Shown here piece after piece: positions 13,085 through 64,000 of a DNA stretch of 64,000 nt. How positions within the stretch are numbered: position 1 is the first letter of the stretch; the number at the start of each line of letters is the position of its first letter. The notes below the pieces were generated by a model, which was not told the origin of the DNA, made no database searches, and worked only from the letters and a program-made list of their open reading frames with translations. The DNA lies in assembly GCA_038087875.1 (NCBI GenBank), contig CM075989.1:15128001-15192000 (forward strand), written 5' to 3'. A program made the translations under genes and the position numbers. The stretch comes from Malacoraja senta (taxonomy: Eukaryota).

Positions 13085-13380
13085 TGGAATTGGCTGTATT
13101 TATTACTATCTCTAATTGTTCCTGAGGAGGCAAATGAGAATCAATCACGTTGATGCATCAGGAGTCGTAGGTAGCTGAGACAAGGTAAGGGTGGCGATGT
13201 TCATGAATGGACATTAGTGAACAAAGCAAGTGTCTAATGACAATCCAGCTAAGTATTCCAGTTGTAATTCAATTAATAAAACTAATCTGAAATTAAAGTT
13301 CCCAGCTGCTGTGGTGAGATTTGAACTTTCTTAGAAACTTTTGACAGCAGGTCCAGTAACGTAACTATTTACACTACCTA
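13085..13380 (-). mobile_element. Old SINE-like repeat (family unresolved)
   Basis: GGACATTAGTGAAC..ACAATC..GATTTGAAC; related degenerate copies at ~1310-1550 and ~20590-20760. Confidence 0.4.
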
Positions 13381-15771
13381 TAACTGGTTAAAGGGATATT
13401 TTGTTAATTCAAGATTTTAACCAAATACAGAGATCAAGAAAGAACTTAGGAAATTAATTTGTTCTTGAAATATGTTTTTTATCCAATCATGTCTTCAGCG
13501 TCACAAAAGGAAATGAGAATATGTGGAATAAGTCTACACCTCGACTACAATACTGTACATCTATTCCTGTAAATTAGTTGGTCAGCTTTTAAAATGGAGT
13601 TTTAAAATCCATTAGGATGGGTGTTCGCTTCATGATCAGTAATTTAACTCTGCAACTGGAATAAATATTGATGCGTTTGAGAAGGGTTAATCTAAATGAA
13701 GAAAGAGCGTAGCATGTACATCTTCACAGACAATCCCATTATTAAAAAAATTATGGAAATCAATGGACAAAATTTCATGATAGCAAAATTAAGCAATGAG
13801 GTAAACAAATAAATTCCAGAGAGGGACTGGACATTATCAAGTGTCAAACCATAATCATTATGGTTATTCTGAACAATCAAACTATATATAAGAAGAAAAT
13901 TCAGTTTATGCTATATTTGCCATTACAGATTTTAGAAATTTAGAAATGGGATAACTATCTTAGAAAGCTTCAGTTGGAATACAAACTTGAAAAACAAATG
14001 CAACAAAATGGAGCACCCTCTTGTGGTCAAAGATTTCTAAAATTATGGATGAGTGGACTAAATTTATGATGTGGCTTTGAACTATAAAAATTAAACAAAT
14101 GTTGGATTCACATTACTCAACAAGTTATTTTAATTGGGCTGCAAACGTAGTTTTCAGATTGGTTGGAAAGGAGAATACTGAAAAATGCTCAGTTTTCTAA
14201 CAGGAGTCAGAGATAATTGACAATCAATTTTTTTGAATTACTGGTTTAGGGTTGCTGAAATTAATTTAATTCTCACATGATAAAAAATATTACATTTTAC
14301 ATCAGCTGAGACCATTCGGCCCATTGTGCCTGCTCACGAAAAGAGCAATTTTCACACTAAACTGTTTTCTTAATTTCATGTTTTTATCCTTGTTGCTTCT
14401 AAAATTCGGACCACTTTTCAGACAGCACATTTCCAAGTTCAAGGAATTGCATACATTTTAATAAAAACAGGCCAAACATTCTGCCTGGATTGTTTTTGCT
14501 CAATCACATGGGTAACTCAAAAGTCTCATCTCACTTCTCAGTTTTGATGATAAGTTGTAAAAGACTATCGAAGGTTATCAGCCTTGCGAATAGCCAAGAC
14601 AGAATAGAATGCGGAATCAACTCAGGTTGTTTAAGGATCATATTGCATATCACATTTAACCATTAAACAGCATAGGAACGTGTGTAGTCTTTAAAATGCG
14701 GCTCCATATGCAAGGGAATATATAAAAAGGCAACTAAGTTTTACCATGGCCCAATTAAAAATCAAATCCCATTAGACTATATATGAATCAAATTTAAAAT
14801 ACTCCCTTGAGGGCAGCTTTTCTTTTCACCCATTTCTTGAGTTATGGACAGCTAGAAAAGTTTTAGTTAGGAGACAAGTGCCATACATGGGATGGAGCCA
14901 TTTATGATATTTTCATAGAACTTAATTTATTTGGGGAATCCTCTCAATCAGTCTAGAAAAAGGTAAATTATGTAATGAACAAATTTTTATAAACCACCAT
15001 GAATGTTTTTACCATTAAGAGCTAGCAACTGATTTTATTGAACAGTGTATACTCTTTTACGAAGGATACAAAGGATTTAAAGCTCCACCCAAGTTGATTT
15101 GTGTTTAATTCTTGCATGTGCTGCTTAACACTGTTGTTAATCTTCTGAAATAGATTAACATAGCTGTTGCAACACCTCAGAGAAATATACCACGGTCGGG
15201 TTGTATCATAACAGCGTCTCAAGTGGGAAAGCAACTAGCATAATATACTAATATGTTTGCTTTACCAAATTCAGACTGTTGAATTCCTCCTTGTTACAAG
15301 GTAAGCATCGCACTGCAGACAATAAGAGTATATGGTTGGCAATATAATTCTTCGTTACTGTTGTAGTATCTCAATGACGTATTATTTTATCCTTTATGGA
15401 CAGTTTCAAGCTTCCAACATTGGGTGAAATGCAAGATAACATTGAGTAATATCATAAGGATTGCATTACAGTGTTCCCGCTGATATCACTATAAGGGTTT
15501 TTTAGTATTGTACATAATGCCAAGTGCTCTATACGTTTCGAATAAGAAATACAGAGCAAAAGAAAATAAGAAAACGTAGCTGAAACACAACAATATAAAT
15601 ATTGTTGCTTGTTAAATTCAATAGAACTTATTAAATCGTATTAATAGTTAAACTCGTAAAAGAAAAGTCACAAAGAAGCATTTTGAGACCTGAAGTTGCA
15701 TCTTAAAAGACGCTGGGCTAAAATCTACCTACTGACAGCAGCCGAGCTTGTGAATGCACCTAATTCCTTTG

Positions 15772-16615
15772 TTAGACTCAAAATGCTGGAGTAACTCAGC
15801 GGGTGAGGCAGCATCTCTGGAGAGAAGGAATGGGCGACATTTCGGGTCGAGACCCATCTTCAGACTGATGTCAGGGGAGGGGGCGGGACAAAGATAGAAT
15901 GTAGACAAAGACAGTAAGACCAGTGGGAGAACTGGGAAGGGGAAGGGGATGGAGAGAGAAAGCAAGGGCTATCTGAAGTTAGAGATGTCAATCTTCCTAC
16001 AGCTGGGGTGTAAACTACCCAAGCAAAATATGAGATGCTGTTCTTCCAATTTGCACTGGGCCTCACTCTGACAATGGAGGAGGCCCAGGACAGAAAGGTC
16101 AGATTGGGAATGGGAGGGGGAGTTGAAGTGCTGAGCCACCGGGAGGTCAGGTAGGTTAAGGCGGACTGAGCGGAGGTGTTCAGTGAAACGATCGCCGAGC
16201 CTGCGCCTGGTTTTCGGCGATGTAGAGAAGTTGACACCTGGAACATCTGACCTTTCTGTCCTGGGCCTCCTCCATTGTCAGAGTGAGGCCCAGCACAAAT
16301 TGGAGGAACAGCACCTCATATTTCACTTGGGTAGTTTACACCCCAGCGGTATGAACATTGACTTCTCTAACTTCAGATAGCCCTTGCTTTCTCTCTCCAT
16401 CCCCTTCCCCTTCCCAGTTCTCCCACCAGTCTTACTGTCTCCGCCTACATTCTATCTTTGTCCCACCCCCTCCCCTGACATCAGTCTGAAGAAGGGTCTC
16501 GACCTGAAACGTCGCCCATTCCTTCTCTCTAGAGATGCCGAGTCACCCGCTGAGTTACTCCAGCATTTTGTGTCTACCTTCGATTTAAACCAGCATCTGC
16601 AGTTCTTTCTTACAC
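15772..16615. mobile_element. Penelope-like element 3' end with inverted copy (GIY-YIG C-terminus plus terminal repeat on both arms)
   Basis: + arm 16246-16615 encodes SDLSVLGLLHCQSEAQHKLEEQHLIFHLGSLHPSGMNIDFSNFR*. - arm 15772-16245 is its reverse complement, extended through ..RRLGDRFTEHLRSV.. Hammerhead-like cores at 15836-15863 (-) and 16486-16513 (+). Confidence 0.85.
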
Positions 16616-16873
16616 TCCCAATTCCATAAATGGATGGCACACACGCATCCACACAGATGTATTTACAGTGAACCATACAGGATGATGGCATCTAAAATGA
16701 AATTATGGACACAAGATTAATAGAACTTATGTATGGAGAACAGTTATGTTTTTTCTCCTGGAATACACTTGTTTATGAACAAATGTTTTTCTGAAGGCAG
16801 GCACATCTATTAGGCCAAATATTATGAATCAGAAAATGAAATGTGTGCTATATATTTAACAGTACTCTTTGAT

Positions 16874-56242
<39,369 letters not shown>

Positions 56243-56679
56243 CTGTGGAGAGAAAGAAAATTAGTACTATATTGAAATCTAAATAAGATCATTTGCAATA
56301 TTTCTACAGAGGACGTTTTGCTCGTTTCGGAATCCCAAAAGACCATGATGTCTCAGCAAAACATGTTAACTGAGTAAAATGGATTATTATACTTCCATCA
56401 TAAAATGGAAATTAATGTTTTAGAAATCTCTACCCCAGAGGACTGTTAAGCCTTATTTGTCAAGTTCACTGAAAGGAATAATTAGTGGCACAGAAAAACC
56501 GTAGCAAGGTAGGATATCAGCCACGGCATAGCAGGCGTGAAGGACCACATGGTCCTTCTTGGCACAATTTATTATGTTCATATGTAGAGTTAACCTTGGG
56601 AAATTATTAAATTGTCAGCAGATTTGATGATGATATAAAGATTGATTCATAATTAGCGCAATTTCAATTATGCTTACTA

Positions 56680-56760
56680 AAAATCCAATACGGATGCTGT
56701 CATCAAACCTGCCGACAAGAATGGCGCTGTTGTAGTCTGGTGAACTGACCTCTGTCCTGC
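56680..56760 (+). mobile_element. Penelope-like RT N-terminal remnant
   Basis: Translates DAVIKPADKNGAVVVW*, matching the PLE IKPADKG..VV motif. Confidence 0.65.
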
Positions 56761-56774
56761 AATGGTCAGAAGTG

Positions 56775-57200
56775 GCACCAGTGTAGTCATCAAGATACTG
56801 GGGGGAATAAAAGTTGATGGAGTGAGCCAGAGTTGGGTGATTCAGTGTATCCCACAAAACATAGATGGAGCTTGGGTCCTTAGACCTCCTTCACGCGGGA
56901 TGAAAGTGTGGAGGGGTTGTAAATTCATGACGATGAACTGGTTGGGACCATGGAATTGGAAACTATTCTACTTGCAGAGGGTATCCAAAGATGCAAGCGA
57001 TGTGCAGAGACCCAGATTACCAGGTTGGTAACAAGTTTGGAGTGGGTGATGGTGCCCAACACTGAGCTGTAATCTATAAACAACAGCCTGATATGTATTT
57101 TTATTGTTAATTTTATGATTCGGTCAACCTGAATTCCAATATCCTGACACAACAAAATTCTCTTGGTCAATGCCATTTTTGTTTTACAGATATGTAGGTG
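56775..57200 (-). mobile_element. Degenerate Rex1/Babar-like RT fragment
   Basis: IRLLFIDYSS..TI..SKLVT. Confidence 0.65.
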
Positions 57201-57869
57201 ATCATGGAGTGACAAAGTAAGATAATGAATCATCCAAAGTATTATAAAATGTTCCTGATATAATGTGCCATTCTTCAGTGATGAGTGGTGGTTAATACTC
57301 AAAGCTGATATTCCTTCTCTAAATCTTTCATGAACTGCACCAAGCCGTATTTAGCATCACTTTTTGATCTGTACTGCACTTCCTGCAAACCAAATTTAGA
57401 TTTGCTGATATCTGGTGCCAGAGTCAACAGAATGAAAACGGTTCAGTGTGAAGGGCGTGAAATTTATTGTGTTATGCAAATGAAACTCAATAAACTTCAC
57501 ACCTATCGCACTTAACCCTTTTGTTCTAGCCATAGCACTTTATAACTTCTTGCTCTCATTTACACATCCTAGTTGTAAATCTTGTGAAACTATTTTCCTC
57601 TTTATCTAAGTGATTCATACGATGGAAAAACAGTTTCAAGTACAGTTTTGTCAGCTCCACTTTGCAGCCACGTTGGAATAAAAAATAATTAAAGAATTAT
57701 GCTCTTATTGCTGCTTAATGTTTTCCCCCCCCCCACCTTCCATTTATTGACTAGTAGTGAGATTATAGGTACTTGATGGTATCTACCAAATAATCGACCG
57801 CTGAGGAATTATGTACCAACCCCCATACAAAAAAAGTAAAAAAGCAAACACTGGAAATCTGAAAGAAAA

Positions 57870-59790
57870 ACATGGTGCCCAGAACTGAACACAATATTCT
57901 AAATGCGGTCTCACGAACGTCTTATACATCTGCAACATGACCTCCCAACTTCTATACTCAATACTCTGACTGATGAAGGCCAAAATACGTTTTGACCACC
58001 TGATGTACCTGCGACTCGACCTTCAAGGAACCATGCAACCATCACTCTGCCCACCTGGCTAATTGATCCAGATCCTGCTGCAATCATTCACAACCATCTT
58101 CACTATCTGCAAAACGATTCACTTCTGTATCATCAGCAAACTTGCTAATCTTGCCCTGTTCTGTGATGTTTCACAGAGTGCTGGAGTAACTCAGCGGGTC
58201 AGGCTGAGTATAGAAGTTGGGAGGTCATGTTGCAGTTGCATAAGAAGTTGGTGAGGCCGCATTCAGAGTATTGTGTTCAGTTCTGGGCACCATGTTATAG
58301 GAAAGATGTCATCAAACTGGAAAGGGTACAGTGAAGATTAACGAGGATGTTGCCAGCACTAGGGGGCCAGAGCTATAGGGAGAGGTTGTGTAGGCTGGGA
58401 CTATTTCATGGAGCACAGGAGGATGAGGGATGATCTAATAGAGGTGTATAAAATCATGATTTGAATAGATCAGGTTGAGTCTTTTGCCCAGAGTAGGTGA
58501 ATCAAGGAGCAGAGGACATAAAGTTTAAGATGAAGGGGAAAAGATTTAATAGGAATCTGACGGGTATATTTTTCACACAAAGGGTGGTAGGTGTATGGAA
58601 CAAGCTGCCAGAGGAGGTAATTGAGGCAGGGACTATGGCAACATTTAAGAAACAGTTAGACATGTACATGGATAGGACAGGTTTGGAGGGATATGGATCA
58701 AACGTGGGCAGGTGGGACTAGTATAGATGGGACATGCTGGGCCGAAGGGCCTGTTTCCACACTGTATCACTCGATGACTCTATCTATCTTTCCTTCTCAA
58801 ACCCATTCTCCTGCCTTCTCCCCATTACCTCTGACACCCGTATCAATCAAGAATCTATCAATCTCCTCCTGAAAAATGTCCACGGACTTGGCCTCCACAG
58901 CTGTCTGTGGCAATTAATTCCACAGTTCACCACCCTCTGACTTAAGAAATTCCTGCTCATCTCTTTCCTAAAGGAACGTCTTTTAATTCTGAGGCTATGG
59001 CCACTGGTCCTAGACTCTCCCACTAGTGGAAACATCCTCTCCACATCCACTCCATCCAGACTTTTACCAGGCTGGGACAGACTGCAACAGCTTCACACCA
59101 TGTCCCAAAGCTCGTGTCTAGTCCTGCATCACCCAAGGCAGCAGATACGTTATAGGAGAGGACAAGCACCGTCACAAGTTAACTCACGATGGTTTGGGTA
59201 ACATTCAGGAATGTCTATGCATGTCACATCATGCATATTACTGAAGGGTCTTGACCCGAAATATAATCTATACCTTTTCTCCAGAGATGCTGCCTGACCC
59301 ACTGAGTTACGCCAGCACTCGGTGACATGTCACCTATTCATGTTCTCCAGAGATGCTGCCTGACCCGCTGAGTTACTCCAGCACTTTGTGTCTATTTTCC
59401 CTTCACCCATCTGCCCAAGCTCACCCTCCCCCCTCCTTTCCTATGTTCCTTTCCACCCATAAACCTCTCTGCCTTTACATTTCACTCTTCCAAATCTGCT
59501 CTACTTATCTACATGCATTTTTCTTCTTAACTTTTTAGTCATAGAGTGATACAGTGTGGAAACAGGCCCTTCAGCCCATCTTGCCCACACTGACCAACAT
59601 GTCCCATCTACACTAGTCCCACTCACACGCGTTTGGCCCATATCCATCTAAACCTGTCCTATCCATGTACGTGTCCAAATGTCTCTTAAACATTAGGATC
59701 GTCCCAGCCTTAACTACCTCCTCTGGCAGCTCGTTCCATACACCCACCACCCTTTGTGTGAAAAAGCTACCTCTCAGATTCCTGTTAATT
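57870..59790. mobile_element. Cluster of CR1-type fragments in both orientations plus Penelope-derived copies
   Basis: 57870-58160 (-), 58205-58785 (+), 58790-59065 (-), 59537-59790 (-) with CR1 motifs; Penelope-type tails at 59240-59395. Confidence 0.8.
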
Positions 59791-59804
59791 TCTGAAATAT
59801 TGGT

Positions 59805-60026
59805 CATAAATTAGGTGCAAAAATGCTCCAAAATAAGGCTCAGAATGCATCAGAGAGCATCTAAAAGCCCTGAGCTTCCAGGGCCCTTAAGCGGGCCCTG
59901 GACCCTGGCATCGAGGGACTTCACGCTTCGCGCTCGTGATGTGCACAGCGCGCACATAACTTCACATTAAAAATTTTGTAATCCTGTCATGCCACCCCCC
60001 TTTTTGTAAAGCTTCGTACGGGCCTG
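59805..60026. mobile_element. Truncated hAT-like MITE fragment
   Basis: Terminus CAGGCCCGTACG (minus), internal hairpin CCAGGGCCC-TTAAGC-GGGCCCTGG; other end interrupted by CR1. Confidence 0.45.
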
Positions 60027-60756
60027 ACTAATGCTTTTTGAATCTACCATGGGCCTGCCTATTGTTCTTTCCTACACTTCTTCATCTCTTAACTTTCCCC
60101 TGGCTTTGTGATTGCTTAAAATCTATTAAAATATTGGAGCCTCAGACCCATTGGAGCCTCAAAGTTAAACAAATGCCTTTTCAAACGATGCAGACCGACA
60201 CTTTCCAAAGGTCAGATGTCATCACAATTGACCTTTCCGTTCCATTGCTGGATTCATCAACACCAGCAGTGGAACAGTAACTCACTGAAGAAACGATCCA
60301 GATGCTCTTCACATCTGGCTCACAGGGAATGTTAGTGTACGAATAGTGAAGGCTTTCATTTAAAGCAGTCACAACCCTGTGGGGGAAAAGGCATGTGCTT
60401 ATTTATTATATTATAAATTATTTGTTAGAGTTTAATGTGCTTTCATTAGATGTAAAAGACTAGAAAAATGTTTAATCCATTTTATTAAACAGTTTCATTT
60501 CATTTCAAGTCCCTACTCTTTCCCTCCCCGCCATCCTCTAGTGGAATGGTATCTCATCTGTGTGGTGCAAAGGGTCAGCTTGTTTAAATTTCCTCATTTG
60601 GAAAAAGTATGAGCAAGCTGGGGATGCAAGCAGAGTCTGGGCAAAGGTGTATGTCCAGAATGTCCGGACTCCCAACTCTTTCTCTCCAGAGGTTATTGTC
60701 GATTGTGGGGTGCTCCCAGAATTTTTGGCTGAATATTTTAAACACGGTCTTTAGTA

Positions 60757-61112
60757 ATTAAGTTTATTGGCCAAGTATTCACGTACAAGGAGTTTGCCTT
60801 GGTGCTCCGCCCACAAGTAACAACATGACATACAGTGAGTTACGAATGACTCAGAAAACACTAAACATTAATAATAATAAAACATTAATGATAAAACACC
60901 AACAAAATACCAGATCAAAGGGATGCTACAGATTTTTGGCTGTTGAGTAGAGCAACTACTCGTGGATAAATACTGTTTTTATGTCTGGCTGTGGCAGCTT
61001 TGACAGTCCGGAGTCGCCTTCCAGAGGGAAGTGATTCAAAGAGTTTGTGGCCAGGGTGAGAGGGGTCAAAGATGATCTTGCCCACTCGCTTCCTGGCCCT
61101 TGCAGTGTACAG
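60757..61112 (-). mobile_element. Rex1/Babar-like LINE 3' fragment (second family)
   Basis: LYTARARKRVGKIIFDPSHPGHKLFESLPSGRRLR; AATAAA tail. Confidence 0.75.
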
Positions 61113-61879
61113 TTTAGTCAGTTTTACCGTTTATCCCTTGAAGGTGCCGAATCTTATTCTAGAGTCTGTAGCGGCACCTAATGGTTAGGCCACTCCTCCT
61201 ATGCGAACCCTCGGCAACCCTGGGAAAGAGTCACGAGATATATTGGGTGTGTCCCAGTATATAAGTCCTGACCTTCCCTCTCTCTCTCGTTCTGTCTCTG
61301 TCTCTTGCTCCTCCTCTGACTTCATGAGAGTGTCCTGCCACCGCAGCACAACCGAGCCCACGAGGCAACAGCCTCTCAACAACTACAACTGTTAGGTTAG
61401 AGCGTTAAACGTCCATGTATTGTCAACTTACAATGCCTGAATAAAGCATCCTGTTATTCATGATGTTTGCACCTCTACAAGTCCTTTAAATCTTCCATTT
61501 CTAATTAATAGAATAACTACATGGGTCCCTCAGTAACAGCATTATTAACCCCCCAGGTGCAAAGTGTACATTAAAAAGGACTTGAATGCATTTTCTAGCA
61601 TAATTAAAGAAGCTCCAATGCCACAGATCATATGCTGGGTTCCTGGATTTATAGATAATACTCGTATTAAACTTGGGAAACTAGAAAAATGGTAATAAAC
61701 AAACTACTGGAGGAACAGTGGTGGTCTTGGTGATTCACTGTTAAAGAATTCTGGGACTTTTAACCAAGTGTTGTTGATAAAGAATGAATGTCCTCCTAAT
61801 TTTTACGCAGTAACTGACTGTTTAGAACATTCGTTTATTTCACATTTATCTGTTGATGGCAGCAACAGGTAACTGAACT

Positions 61880-62084
61880 ACAGTGCGGAAAACATTTTGA
61901 CGAATTCCATTCAGAAGGGATTATCCCTCTCTTGCACGCTGGTGCACCATGCGAGCTGGGGATGGTGTCAGAAGCTGATGCCGTAAGCGAAGATTAGGCA
62001 GTGCAAGCCCGGATGGTGTGGGCAGCTCCGTCCGCTACAACAACAATCCGTTATAAAGGGATCCGATAAAACGAGGGTTTACTG
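61880..62084. mobile_element. Tigger/pogo-like DNA transposon end
   Basis: Minus-strand terminus CAGTAAACCCTCGTTTTATCGG; partner TIR not found. Confidence 0.45.
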
Positions 62085-63210
62085 CACTTAGAAAAGATTA
62101 TAATTATTAAGAAAGGCTTAAAATAAAACAAAATAAAAGGATTTGGATGATGAGTCTTGGATCTGAAAAGTTAACCTGTGTCTTTTTCTATTGATGTTGC
62201 TTGCCCCATTGAGCATTTTTAGCATTTTCTGTTTGTTTTTTCAGATTTCCAGCAGCTGCGGTATTTTTTAAATTTTTTAAATATAACGGCCTCATTTTAA
62301 AGACCATAAAGATAACAGAAATCTAACAAGCTTTCAAAATGATGAAATGCTCAAAAGGTCAGGGAACATCTTTGGGGATAATTTTGGAATTTATCAGTCT
62401 TGTTGAAGGGTCACTATTTCAAGTGCACTTGATTTTCTACACAAATAATGCCTCGCCTAGAAACCATTATTTTCTGCCTTCAAAATCAGATTTGAACATC
62501 CATAGTATCAAACAGAAAAGCATTTTTCTTTGTTTCAAAGTTAAGTGTTTCTGGTGGAAAAAGTGGAAGGCTGTTCTCCTGTTGTTCATAACTACACAAA
62601 TTAGTAAAGAATGTAATTATTTCAGGATCAAACCATAGACAAATGGAAAGGAATTTGGGTCCTTTTTTACGATACTCAAACTGGAATTATTTTACAGAAG
62701 TGGATATCTTGTCATTTAAAAGAAGTGTTATTTCAAAAGAATGGAATGGAATGGAATCAATACAATGGAAACTCTAGAAATAATTTATAACAGGCAATGG
62801 CACGATATTACTTCCTCAACCAAGCAAATACAAATTTTGATGGAAGGCAATATTAACCAATAGATAGACAATTCCCCAATGAATACCATTAAAGCAATTT
62901 TGCACACTTTTTTGTTTTTAAATCCAGAATGAAGACACTGGTCCCTGAACCAAGACCATGAACATTGAGTGCAAGTAAATAACCTTATCTTGAAAAACAA
63001 GGACATCAAAAAGTTCCAATTGCATGTGAACATCACCTGGCACTAAGCCCCAAAAAGGTAGTAAAAACAGAAATAAAATATGCCATACGAACAGCATCTA
63101 CGCAAAAAGCAGAGTTAACATCCCAGCTCCAAGACCTTCATCCAATCTGTTGATGCAGTACATAAATTTTGCTCTCTATATTTCTTAATTAGGCATTCAG
63201 GTGACCACCA

Positions 63211-63343
63211 CTTCTGAAGAAGGGTCTCAAGCCGAAACGTCACCTATTCATTCTCTCCAGAGATGCTGCCTGTCCCACTGAGTTACTCCAGCCTTTTGTG
63301 TCCATCTTCAGTTTAAACCAGCATCTGCAGTTCCTTGCTGCAC
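63211..63343 (+). mobile_element. Penelope-derived solo terminal-repeat copy
   Basis: CTGAAGAAGGGTCTCAAGCCGAAACGTC plus full family tail. Confidence 0.75.
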
Positions 63344-63387
63344 ATTCCAGTGATCATCATCTGCCTGATTTTAAGCACACAAAAAGA

Positions 63388-63985
63388 TAACATAGAACAA
63401 TACAGCACAAGAACATGCCCTTAGGCTCACAATGTCTGTGCCGAACATGTCAACTCTTATCTGCCTGCACATAATTCACGTAATTCCCTGCATATCCCTG
63501 TGCTTATCCAACAGCCTCTTCAATACCATTATCTACCTCCGCCAGCAGCAAGCTTGAGGCACTCTGTATTAAAATAAAATTGCCCCACATCTTGTTTAAA
63601 CTTTGCCCCTCTCCCCTTAAAGCTATGTCCTCTGTTATTTGATATTTCCATCCTGGGGAAAAAGGTTCTGACTGTCTAGTTTCACTATGCCTTTCATAAT
63701 TTCATACATTTCTATCAGGTTTCCCCTCAGGTGATCCAGAGAAAAGAATCGAAGTCTGTCCAACCTTTTCCTTTTGCTAATCCCCACTCTACCAAGCATC
63801 TTTTTGGTAACCTTCTCTGCATCTTTTCAAAGCCTCCACGTCCTTCCTGTAATGGTGTGACCAGAACTACATGCAAAAACTTCAAAGGCGACCTAAACAA
63901 AGTCCTATAAAACTGCATCATGACCTCCTGACTCTTATACTCAATGCCCTGATCATTGAAGTCAAGCATTATTTACCACTCTTCA
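63388..63985 (-). mobile_element. CR1-type LINE 3' fragment
   Basis: QGIEYKSQEVMMQFYRTL; CATAGAACA tail. Confidence 0.75.
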
Positions 63986-64000
63986 GTGCCCTCCATAATG

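Larger units (their letters stand above)
10135..16873 (-). other. RFX7: Putative long RFX7 3'UTR (~6.7 kb); 3' end uncertain
   Basis: AT-rich and mostly unique sequence after the stop. Minus-strand AATAAA at 10155-10160 (another at 10740-10745); Pumilio-type TGTAAATA at 16660-16667. Several upstream AATAAA alternatives exist. Confidence 0.45.

Overview
This is eukaryotic, AT-rich, repeat-dense vertebrate DNA. The repeat complement (HE1/V-SINE, CR1-type LINEs, abundant Penelope-derived elements) suggests a cartilaginous fish, probably a skate or ray (inference). The minus strand carries eight coding exons of RFX7 (56242 down to the stop at 16874). They splice into one continuous frame, and the 5'-most exons lie beyond the window. 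One intron in the DNA-binding domain is a U12-type AT-AC intron. A long putative 3'UTR follows, then a CpG island with the probable first coding exon of NEDD4 (2596-2637), matching the vertebrate RFX7-NEDD4 synteny. Introns hold a near full-length Rex1/Babar-like LINE, an internally deleted Gypsy LTR element, a decayed PIF/Harbinger (ISL2EU-like) transposon, MITEs and many LINE/SINE fragments. Four observations stand out: (1) a family of ~95-850 bp Penelope-derived insertions with target-site duplications that carry a minimal hammerhead-ribozyme core, often as inverted pairs; (2) one such inverted pair ~260 nt after the RFX7 stop codon; (3) a Gypsy element whose primer-binding site extends to 35 nt of tRNA-Leu complement, fused directly to the middle of pol; (4) a candidate unannotated 260-nt RFX7 exon that is phase-identical and peptide-similar to its upstream neighbour. 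All family assignments come from recalled motifs, not from database searches.
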